NCBI GenBank assembly: GCA_002633005.1
Contig: NMRA01000002.1
Coordinates: 1,274,077 to 1,338,076, forward strand
Direction: 5' to 3'
DNA from: Phoronis australis
Lineage: Eukaryota > Animalia > Phoronida
DNA: 64,000 bases
Part shown: piece after piece, positions 62,426-64,000 of the stretch
Position numbering within the stretch: position 1 is the stretch's first letter
Layout: every line of letters starts with the position of its first letter
Notes under the pieces: model-generated
What the model saw: the letters and a program-made list of their open reading frames with translations, nothing else
The model's database searches: none
Told to the model about the DNA's origin: nothing
Position numbers and translations under genes: made by a program

Positions 62426-63862
62426 CATTCTGTCCGGGTGTGCGCTCGATGTCTCGAAAGCCGCTGGTTGGATTTCGATGAAATTTGGCACAAGGGTTTA
62501 GGACTGTGTCTGAGGTAAAGGCAACGTGGTTTTCCCTGTATTTTTGGGGAAGAACATTTCCAGAGGATTTCTAGAGATTTTTGGTTGGATTCTACTGCTG
62601 CAGCTGTAGTAGCCTTGCACTGTGGACTCGTGTCAACACCCCACTGTTGCTCTTGGTTTAAAGTTTTATTTTGAAAGTTTTTAGGTAGCATACCTATTTC
62701 AATAGTTTGTGAAAAGTACTCATGGTTAGGTTTTTGAACTTTGAAAATTGGACAAGAAATGTGACTTTGATAACCTGAAGTTAGAACGTATTCTGCTTCT
62801 TAAATTCTGGTGGATGTGCAACATAATGGGTCAATTACTGATGGTCATGAACCAGCAGCAATTGGAAGTTTAGTTAAGTTAAGGGTCATTGTACAATTCT
62901 GTCTATTTTGATTATTTAACAGCATGACTGTCCAAGAACACTTGATGTTCTTTGCTCAACTCAAGACTGACTCAGCTGCTTATAAGGTTAAACACGACGT
63001 GCATCGCATGTTGCGGAAGATTGACCTTAACAAGGTGCGCAACGAACTTGTGGCAAACCTCTCTGGTGGGCAGAGGCGCCGCCTGGCGGTTGCTATTGCT
63101 TTTATTGGTGACTCCAAAGTGATCATCCTGGATGAGCCTACGAGTGGTGTCGATCCGGCGGCCCGACGAAAGATCTGGGACATCATCACGAAACACAGAG
63201 AAGGTAGCTATGCAAAATATGTAGTCTTTTGGAAGATAAACATTGTTAACATTGAGTAGTTTTGGGATTGCTGTAAAAGCTTTCATTGTCAGTTCTTGTG
63301 GGTGCGAATGGGCCATGGGTTCATGGATCCTTGCAGTTTCTCAGTGTCATTGAACTTAAAGGGGTTACATTGTATTTGTCATTATTTTACTTTGACTTCA
63401 TCACTAATATTTTAAGTCTGGTCTGCATGACATCTGTTGGCCACATCACGGGACCTAATGAACATAAGTTTGAAAAGATCTCCGCCCCCAACCGAAGATC
63501 TTTTCAGATTTAAGTTAGGTCAAATGATATGGCCAACAGGTGGAGTGCAGACCAGATTTAAAATGTTTGTGGTCTATATTTCTATGCCGGTTCAAGATTT
63601 ACATGTATTTAATATATTATTTACTCTGACTTGTTTTGGCTTGTGGAAACTATCACAATACTGTTCCAATGATAAAGTAAATTTGAGTACAGGTTTATGT
63701 TAAAAGCGTGCTGGATCGTAATTTGTGCATTTGAATAGTTACAGGTTTGGGTGTGTAAGTTTTACATTTTGTTTGCTCTTTTCAGACCGTACTGTTGTGC
63801 TTTGTACCCACCATCTAGATGAAGCTGAACTCATCGGTGATAGAATCGCCATTTTGAACAAG
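135..63862 (+). CDS. ABCA: Giant ABC transporter subfamily A protein (ABCA1/2/12/13 group), partial at both ends: 90 exons, 5,589 aa in the window, covering repeat-expanded ECD1, TM2-6 and NBD1
   Basis: All 89 introns are GT-AG and phase-compatible, with no stop in the joined frame. ABCA hallmarks: W.YLKPLLRGTILFSPDTP, PKHIQYKIR, WVPGP, GFVQLQEMIDRAII, QQEPYPCY, LKIMGL, YEEQGIGIQF, VFPGKLGMPQPWYF, Walker A GENGAGKTT, GYCPQ, LSGGQRRRL, ILDEPTSGVDP, THHLDEA. Orthology to a specific vertebrate member cannot be assigned. Confidence 0.95.
683..909 (+). CDS. ABCA exon 2 (module 1, C)
   Basis: ttcag|atc..ag|gtaggt; phase 0-2. Confidence 0.88.
1650..2400. mobile_element. Possible old non-autonomous DNA transposon; ends approximate
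   Basis: Degenerate inverted ends: acttggct..caggga-attagatg (1652-1688) versus catctattcctg..agccaagt (2357-2396). Confidence 0.35.
2466..2608 (+). CDS. ABCA exon 3 (module 1, D)
   Basis: ttcag|t..g|gtaggt; phase 2-1. Confidence 0.85.
3250..3490 (-). mobile_element. Decayed 3' fragment of an RTE-type non-LTR retrotransposon
   Basis: Minus-strand translation RRWKLIGNVLRKNENNDTRKALT*MPSGGRNYSRPKMTW*RT matches the RTE ORF C-terminal pattern RRW.W.GH.LR...ALTW.P.G.R.RGRPK.TW; contains stops. Confidence 0.7.
3747..3874 (+). CDS. ABCA exon 4 (module 2, A)
   Basis: tacag|ac..aag|gtgatt; phase 1-0; FKLEDMFANAT..LDPSK. Confidence 0.87.
4630..4821 (+). CDS. ABCA exon 5 (module 2, B)
   Basis: cttag|atg..gct|gtaagt; phase 0-0; two Cys. 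Confidence 0.87.
4903..5220 (+). mobile_element. Short interspersed element with 12-bp inverted ends (MITE-like), related to 13510-13815
   Basis: actctagggcaa ... ttgctctagagt; internal palindrome gggcaagtag-ag-ctacttgccc. Confidence 0.5.
5384..5619 (+). CDS. ABCA exon 6 (module 2, C)
   Basis: actag|att..gg|gtaggg; phase 0-2. Confidence 0.85.
5886..6034 (+). CDS. ABCA exon 7 (module 2, D)
   Basis: gccag|a..g|gtaggt; phase 2-1. Confidence 0.87.
6268..6401 (+). CDS. ABCA exon 8 (module 3, A)
   Basis: tgcag|gt..aag|gtgagc; phase 1-0. Confidence 0.87.
6814..7385. mobile_element. PIF/Harbinger (Tourist-like) MITE, copy 1 (572 bp)
   Basis: ~40-bp TIRs GGGCTGTTCCAGCAAAATCTGTGTGGGAGGGG../..CCCCTCCCATACAGATTTTACTGGAACAGCCC; TAA target-site duplication; subterminal (at/ac)gggtggt motifs. 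Confidence 0.88.
7648..7902 (+). repeat. 62-bp minisatellite, 4 copies, spanning the exon 9 acceptor
   Basis: Units start at 7648, 7710, 7772 and 7834. Confidence 0.95.
7875..8078 (+). CDS. ABCA exon 9 (module 3, B)
   Basis: tgtag|ctc..gtg|gtgagt; phase 0-0; two Cys; acceptor is the last of four duplicated copies. Confidence 0.82.
8572..8780 (+). CDS. ABCA exon 10 (module 3, C)
   Basis: tttag|gca..at|gtaagt; phase 0-2; NPPTF..WLNETVW. Confidence 0.88.
9039..9181 (+). CDS. ABCA exon 11 (module 3, D)
   Basis: tgtag|c..a|gtatgt; phase 2-1. Confidence 0.87.
9342..9469 (+). CDS. ABCA exon 12 (module 4, A)
   Basis: ttcag|ag..aag|gtactg; phase 1-0. Confidence 0.85.
9893..10099 (+). CDS. ABCA exon 13 (module 4, B)
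   Basis: tttag|gct..ctg|gtgtgt; phase 0-0; two Cys. Confidence 0.86.
10573..10796 (+). CDS. ABCA exon 14 (module 4, C)
   Basis: ttcag|ttt..ac|gtaagt; phase 0-2. Confidence 0.88.
10900..11360 (+). repeat. 47-bp minisatellite, ~9-10 copies, with a 141-bp higher-order pattern
   Basis: gttca(c/t)ccat anchor at 10997, 11044, 11091, 11138, 11185, 11232, 11279. Confidence 0.92.
11507..11643 (+). CDS. ABCA exon 15 (module 4, D)
   Basis: tgcag|a..g|gtaggc; phase 2-1. Confidence 0.88.
11930..12054 (+). CDS. ABCA exon 16 (module 5, A)
   Basis: catag|ca..aag|gtagtt; phase 1-0. Confidence 0.88.
12763..12930 (+). CDS. ABCA exon 17 (module 5, B)
   Basis: tccag|atg..atg|gtgagt; phase 0-0. Confidence 0.9.
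13152..13369 (+). CDS. ABCA exon 18 (module 5, C)
   Basis: tccag|gtt..aa|gtgcgt; phase 0-2. Confidence 0.86.
13510..13815 (-). mobile_element. ~300-bp insertion private to module 5; inverted relative of the 4903-5220 element
   Basis: Absent from the paralogous C-D introns of modules 6-9; reverse complement shares ordered blocks (gctac.tgccc, catccaca, tcggcac, ttactt..gcc.tgtctg, taagttacc) with 4918-5105. Confidence 0.55.
13941..14083 (+). CDS. ABCA exon 19 (module 5, D)
   Basis: ttcag|c..g|gtaggg; phase 2-1. Confidence 0.88.
14369..14493 (+). CDS. ABCA exon 20 (module 6, A)
   Basis: tacag|ca..aag|gtagtt; phase 1-0. Confidence 0.88.
14933..15100 (+). CDS. ABCA exon 21 (module 6, B)
   Basis: tccag|atg..atg|gtgagt; phase 0-0. 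Confidence 0.9.
15324..15544 (+). CDS. ABCA exon 22 (module 6, C)
   Basis: tccag|ctt..ac|gtatgt; phase 0-2. Confidence 0.88.
15829..15971 (+). CDS. ABCA exon 23 (module 6, D)
   Basis: ttcag|c..g|gtaagg; phase 2-1. Confidence 0.88.
16241..16365 (+). CDS. ABCA exon 24 (module 7, A)
   Basis: tacag|cg..aag|gtagtt; phase 1-0. Confidence 0.88.
16843..17010 (+). CDS. ABCA exon 25 (module 7, B)
   Basis: tccag|atg..atg|gtgagt; phase 0-0. Confidence 0.9.
17234..17454 (+). CDS. ABCA exon 26 (module 7, C)
   Basis: tccag|ctt..ac|gtatgt; phase 0-2. Confidence 0.88.
17739..17881 (+). CDS. ABCA exon 27 (module 7, D)
   Basis: ttcag|c..g|gtaggg; phase 2-1. Confidence 0.88.
18151..18275 (+). CDS. ABCA exon 28 (module 8, A)
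   Basis: tacag|cg..aag|gtagtt; phase 1-0. Confidence 0.88.
18753..18920 (+). CDS. ABCA exon 29 (module 8, B)
   Basis: tccag|atg..atg|gtgagt; phase 0-0. Confidence 0.9.
19144..19364 (+). CDS. ABCA exon 30 (module 8, C)
   Basis: tccag|ctt..ac|gtacgt; phase 0-2. Confidence 0.88.
19640..19782 (+). CDS. ABCA exon 31 (module 8, D)
   Basis: ttcag|c..g|gtaggg; phase 2-1. Confidence 0.88.
20044..20168 (+). CDS. ABCA exon 32 (module 9, A)
   Basis: tacag|ca..aag|gtagtt; phase 1-0. Confidence 0.88.
20521..21358. mobile_element. PIF/Harbinger (Tourist-like) MITE, copy 2 (838 bp)
   Basis: Same TIRs as 6814-7385; TTA target-site duplication; absent from paralogous A-B introns. Confidence 0.9.
21501..21668 (+). 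CDS. ABCA exon 33 (module 9, B)
   Basis: tccag|atg..atg|gtgagt; phase 0-0. Confidence 0.9.
21889..22109 (+). CDS. ABCA exon 34 (module 9, C)
   Basis: tccag|gtt..aa|gtacgt; phase 0-2. Confidence 0.88.
22385..22527 (+). CDS. ABCA exon 35 (module 9, D)
   Basis: ttcag|c..g|gtaggg; phase 2-1. Confidence 0.88.
22805..22929 (+). CDS. ABCA exon 36 (module 10, A)
   Basis: tgcag|ca..aag|gtagtt; phase 1-0. Confidence 0.88.
23011..24347 (+). mobile_element. Decayed TTAA-ended DNA transposon, possibly Kolobok-like, with a THAP-like relic
   Basis: Three ordered inverted blocks (ttaaacatttcat/atgaatgctttaa; cacaaaa/ttttgtg; gacatcagtgga/tccactgatgac); FAFPKKL*IA*KWHRLVGRTR near 23194-23256. Confidence 0.4.
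24742..24909 (+). CDS. ABCA exon 37 (module 10, B)
   Basis: tgcag|ttg..atg|gtgagt; phase 0-0. Confidence 0.9.
25161..25387 (+). CDS. ABCA exon 38 (module 10, C)
   Basis: tccag|ctt..gg|gtatgt; phase 0-2. Confidence 0.88.
25617..25750 (+). CDS. ABCA exon 39 (module 10, D)
   Basis: tccag|g..g|gtgagt; phase 2-1. Confidence 0.88.
26450..26571 (+). CDS. ABCA exon 40 (module 11, A)
   Basis: cacag|at..aag|gtaaga; phase 1-0. Confidence 0.88.
26765..27027. mobile_element. ~263-bp foldback (hairpin) element, MITE-like
   Basis: Arms of ~118 bp: tagaaagggttatc..ctaggaggtgtgct and agcacacctcctag..gataaccctttcta, with a ~25-nt loop. Confidence 0.8.
27349..27552 (+). CDS. ABCA exon 41 (module 11, B)
   Basis: tacag|ttg..ctg|gtgagt; phase 0-0; two Cys. 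Confidence 0.88.
28009..28363 (+). CDS. ABCA exon 42 (module 11, C+D fused)
   Basis: tgtag|tgg..g|gtttgt; phase 0-1. Confidence 0.87.
28782..28903 (+). CDS. ABCA exon 43 (module 12, A)
   Basis: tacag|gc..aag|gtacta; phase 1-0. Confidence 0.87.
29650..29886 (+). CDS. ABCA exon 44 (module 12, B)
   Basis: tatag|ttt..cag|gtacgt; phase 0-0; two Cys. Confidence 0.88.
30106..30299 (+). CDS. ABCA exon 45 (module 12, C)
   Basis: tgcag|att..aa|gtgagt; phase 0-2. Confidence 0.88.
30625..31319 (+). CDS. ABCA exon 46 (module 12 D plus module 13 A, B, C and start of D; 695 nt)
   Basis: tacag|c..cca g|gtaagg; phase 2-1; lies within ORF 30584..31333. Confidence 0.9.
32103..32320 (+). CDS. ABCA exon 47 (rest of module 13 D plus module 14 A)
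   Basis: tgcag|gt..aag|gtacgg; phase 1-0. Confidence 0.88.
32742..32936 (+). CDS. ABCA exon 48 (module 14, B)
   Basis: tacag|gtt..cag|gtagta; phase 0-0; two Cys. Confidence 0.88.
33271..33476 (+). CDS. ABCA exon 49 (module 14, C)
   Basis: cacag|ttg..tc|gtaggt; phase 0-2. Confidence 0.87.
34052..34188 (+). CDS. ABCA exon 50 (module 14, D)
   Basis: aacag|a..a|gtaagt; phase 2-1. Confidence 0.87.
34734..34861 (+). CDS. ABCA exon 51 (module 15, A)
   Basis: ttcag|gg..aag|gtaagt; phase 1-0. Confidence 0.88.
35105..35283 (+). repeat. ~43-bp minisatellite, 4 copies, running into the exon 52 acceptor
   Basis: cattgtagtttggcttgttcaggttattgaacgttctatctca units; the fifth cattgtag is the real acceptor. 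Confidence 0.85.
35284..35448 (+). CDS. ABCA exon 52 (module 15, B)
   Basis: tgtag|ctg..cag|gtaata; phase 0-0; two Cys. Confidence 0.86.
35591..35814 (+). CDS. ABCA exon 53 (module 15, C)
   Basis: cccag|cta..gt|gtgagt; phase 0-2. Confidence 0.86.
35958..36140 (+). repeat. 49-bp degenerate minisatellite, ~3.7 copies
   Basis: g(c/t)tgtccacca at 35958, 36007, 36056, 36105. Confidence 0.85.
36220..36350 (+). CDS. ABCA exon 54 (module 15, D)
   Basis: catag|a..g|gtaagg; phase 2-1. Confidence 0.88.
36663..36979 (+). CDS. ABCA exon 55 (module 16, A+B fused)
   Basis: tttag|gt..gag|gtacgg; phase 1-0; two Cys. Confidence 0.88.
37488..37723 (+). CDS. ABCA exon 56 (module 16, C)
   Basis: cccag|atg..ga|gtaagt; phase 0-2. 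Confidence 0.88.
38306..38436 (+). CDS. ABCA exon 57 (module 16, D)
   Basis: cacag|a..a|gtaaga; phase 2-1. Confidence 0.87.
38509..38850 (+). repeat. 46-bp near-perfect minisatellite, 7.4 copies
   Basis: actaacaattca(c/t)tgtgttactgtataccaacacagtgctggtcac; ctaac at 38510+46n. Confidence 0.97.
38902..39029 (+). CDS. ABCA exon 58 (module 17, A)
   Basis: tgcag|ac..aag|gtacct; phase 1-0. Confidence 0.87.
39704..39901 (+). CDS. ABCA exon 59 (module 17, B)
   Basis: ttcag|atg..gag|gtaggg; phase 0-0; two Cys. Confidence 0.88.
40707..40903 (+). CDS. ABCA exon 60 (module 17, C)
   Basis: ttcag|att..ag|gtttgt; phase 0-2. Confidence 0.87.
41635..41771 (+). CDS. ABCA exon 61 (module 17, D)
   Basis: ggcag|g..g|gtataa; phase 2-1. 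Confidence 0.83.
41814..41985 (+). repeat. 41-bp minisatellite, ~4 copies
   Basis: gagttctcttgtaaccaatggtga at 41814, 41855, 41896, 41937. Confidence 0.93.
42198..42322 (+). CDS. ABCA exon 62 (module 18, A)
   Basis: tccag|at..atg|gtaagt; phase 1-0. Confidence 0.87.
42608..42814 (+). CDS. ABCA exon 63 (module 18, B)
   Basis: cacag|cta..aag|gtgaga; phase 0-0; two Cys. Confidence 0.88.
43144..43346 (+). CDS. ABCA exon 64 (module 18, C)
   Basis: tccag|ttg..gg|gtaagg; phase 0-2. Confidence 0.88.
43661..43791 (+). CDS. ABCA exon 65 (module 18, D)
   Basis: ttcag|t..g|gtgaga; phase 2-1. Confidence 0.88.
44073..44200 (+). CDS. ABCA exon 66 (module 19, A)
   Basis: ttcag|ct..gct|gtaagt; phase 1-0; a second in-frame AG lies 6 nt downstream. 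Confidence 0.86.
44570..44764 (+). CDS. ABCA exon 67 (module 19, B)
   Basis: ataag|gtt..gag|gtgagt; phase 0-0; two Cys. Confidence 0.86.
45078..45277 (+). CDS. ABCA exon 68 (module 19, C)
   Basis: ttcag|atg..aa|gtagga; phase 0-2. Confidence 0.85.
45592..45722 (+). CDS. ABCA exon 69 (module 19, D)
   Basis: ttcag|c..g|gtaaac; phase 2-1. Confidence 0.87.
46078..46172 (+). CDS. ABCA exon 70 (deviant module 20, short A)
   Basis: ttcag|at..aag|gttcga; phase 1-0. Confidence 0.8.
46372..46562 (+). CDS. ABCA exon 71 (deviant module 20, C-phase exon)
   Basis: tacag|ttt..tt|gtaagt; phase 0-2; two Cys. Confidence 0.85.
47034..47161 (+). CDS. ABCA exon 72 (module 20, D)
   Basis: tccag|c..t|gtaagt; phase 2-1. 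Confidence 0.86.
47913..48235 (+). CDS. ABCA exon 73 (module 21, A+B fused)
   Basis: tccag|ac..gtg|gtaagg; phase 1-0; two Cys. Confidence 0.88.
48261..48534 (+). repeat. 137-bp direct tandem duplication, 2 diverged copies
   Basis: tgaagaaataacg..tccagatatca.ctgt at 48261 and 48398. Confidence 0.9.
48960..49171 (+). CDS. ABCA exon 74 (module 21, C)
   Basis: ttcag|gtg..ag|gtgaga; phase 0-2. Confidence 0.88.
49440..49570 (+). CDS. ABCA exon 75 (module 21, D)
   Basis: tgcag|c..g|gtcagt; phase 2-1. Confidence 0.87.
49768..50150 (+). repeat. 20-bp minisatellite, ~19 copies
   Basis: gctgtatacagcagcatcgt variants. Confidence 0.95.
50241..50359 (+). CDS. ABCA exon 76 (module 22, A)
   Basis: tccag|tt..atg|gtgagt; phase 1-0; VKDLVKDPQSLHKYM. 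Confidence 0.87.
50701..50901 (+). CDS. ABCA exon 77 (module 22, B)
   Basis: ttcag|ttt..gag|gtaaat; phase 0-0; LFCN..ALCSLN..PKMDI. Confidence 0.88.
51377..52215. mobile_element. Possible hAT-like non-autonomous element
   Basis: Inverted ends cacggctgccaa / ttagcagccgtg, repeated tacgga motifs; no 8-bp TSD visible. Confidence 0.4.
52609..52668 (+). CDS. Candidate alternative 60-nt cassette exon (YFQKVAADGSLYSMMLMPDE); not counted in the 90 exons
   Basis: ctaac branch point, pyrimidine tract, tgtcag|tat..gag|gttttt; open and phase 0-0 inside a phase-0 intron; three TGCATG downstream. Confidence 0.45.
53222..53423 (+). CDS. ABCA exon 78 (ECD1)
   Basis: tcaag|gtg..g|gtttgt; phase 0-1. Confidence 0.85.
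53589..53915 (+). CDS. ABCA exon 79 (ECD1, LCG motif plus Ser/Gly/Ala/Pro-rich linker)
   Basis: tacag|cc..t|gtacgt; phase 1-1. Confidence 0.85.
54287..54537 (+). CDS. ABCA exon 80 (ECD1 core)
   Basis: ttcag|ct..gag|gtaaag; DFCRDLY..IWHYLKPLLRGTILFSPDTP. Confidence 0.93.
54941..55193 (+). CDS. ABCA exon 81 (ECD1 core)
   Basis: tacag|aat..a|gtgagt; FLDCVNMDVF. Confidence 0.9.
55839..55974 (+). CDS. ABCA exon 82 (ECD1 core, RRSRR loop)
   Basis: tgcag|gt..tt|gtatgt; PKHIQYKIR. Confidence 0.92.
56391..56567 (+). CDS. ABCA exon 83 (end of ECD1)
   Basis: cacag|g..ag|gtgagt; WVPGP..LQEMIDRAII..PYPCY. Confidence 0.94.
57361..57666 (+). CDS. ABCA exon 84 (TM2-TM4)
   Basis: ttcag|c..tg|gtacgt; hydrophobic helices, ETLKIMGL, YSDP. 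Confidence 0.94.
57920..58008 (+). repeat. 18-bp minisatellite, ~5 copies
   Basis: tagatgcattgcactacc. Confidence 0.92.
58939..59077 (+). CDS. ABCA exon 85 (TM5)
   Basis: tccag|t..gtg|gtaagt; YLISVFFNRTNLAALTGIIVYLTMYLPY. Confidence 0.93.
59228..59457 (+). repeat. Compound minisatellite (53-bp unit x3 plus shorter copies)
   Basis: aagtaatttagtcaagtatcagtagggtattttaagggttttagtagggtat. Confidence 0.9.
59658..59982 (+). CDS. ABCA exon 86 (exoplasmic helices, TM6)
   Basis: tacag|tgc..g|gtatgt; YEEQGIG..WYIRHVFPG. Confidence 0.93.
59970..60097 (+). repeat. 53-bp tandem repeat, 2.4 copies, spanning the exon 86 donor
   Basis: gtggagaatggag|gtatgtatggg.. at 59970 and 60023; decayed copy at 60076. 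Confidence 0.92.
60425..60890 (+). repeat. 29/31-bp minisatellite, ~14 copies, ending just before the exon 87 acceptor
   Basis: tcaatgtacgtcacatactccagtgactg variants. Confidence 0.93.
60906..61083 (+). CDS. ABCA exon 87 (NBD1 Walker A)
   Basis: ttcag|ct..at|gtaagt; LLGENGAGKTT. Confidence 0.95.
61845..61976 (+). CDS. ABCA exon 88 (NBD1 Q-loop)
   Basis: tccag|c..ga|gtaagt; LGYCPQQDTLF. Confidence 0.94.
62200..62760. mobile_element. Possible Helentron-derived (HINE/DINE-1-like) element; bounds approximate
   Basis: Microsatellite followed by ctgtccg..tctcgaaagccgctggttggatttcgatgaaatttggcac, resembling the conserved core of such elements as I recall it. Confidence 0.35.
62381..62420. repeat. 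(AT)20 microsatellite
   Basis: Direct read. Confidence 0.97.
62923..63203 (+). CDS. ABCA exon 89 (NBD1 signature and Walker B)
   Basis: aacag|c..g|gtagct; LSGGQ, ILDEPTSGVDP. Confidence 0.95.
63786..63862 (+). CDS. ABCA exon 90 (NBD1 H-loop)
   Basis: ttcag|ac..aag|gtattg; CTHHLDEAELIGDRIAI. Confidence 0.94.
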
Positions 63863-64000
63863 GTATTGTAATGAAAATGCTGATTTAGCGTCAAGGTCAC
63901 AAAACAAAATGTTGAAGGTGATTTGAATTGTTAAGATATTAACTTTTCCTGTTTATTAGATTTGCTCTTGCAGTTACCATGGTGATGATGTAATGTTTGT

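Noticed and set aside
135-63862. Naming the gene ABCA13 or ABCA12
   Set aside because: A long ECD1 is suggestive, but core motifs (WVPGP, YKIR) are as close to ABCA1/2. Orthology needs a phylogeny.

Overview
Eukaryotic, AT-rich DNA, probably from an invertebrate animal (inference). The whole window is the middle of one giant intron-rich + strand gene of the ABC transporter subfamily A. By hand I traced 90 GT-AG exons (135..63862) whose phases join into one open frame of 16,767 nt (5,589 aa). The start codon, TM1 and the second half of the transporter lie outside the window. The 3' part encodes the canonical ABCA ECD1 core, TM2-6 and an intact NBD1. The first ~51 kb encode at least 22 tandem copies of a ~200-240 aa helical, N-glycosylated module, 21 of them carrying a Cys pair. 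Each module is laid out as a phase-symmetric 4-exon cassette (A 1-0, B 0-0, C 0-2, D 2-1) and resembles the tunnel/lid segment of ABCA1 ECD1. ECD1 inside the window is already ~5,100 aa. Six modules form a young array, and three of these repeat at an exact 1,910-bp period. Other features: a furin-type site (RRSRR) at the base of the ectodomain, a block of intron loss with one gained intron, a candidate RBFOX-regulated 60-nt cassette exon, minisatellites that duplicate splice signals, two PIF/Harbinger MITEs and other TE relics. Comparisons with human ABCA proteins are from memory and were not computed.
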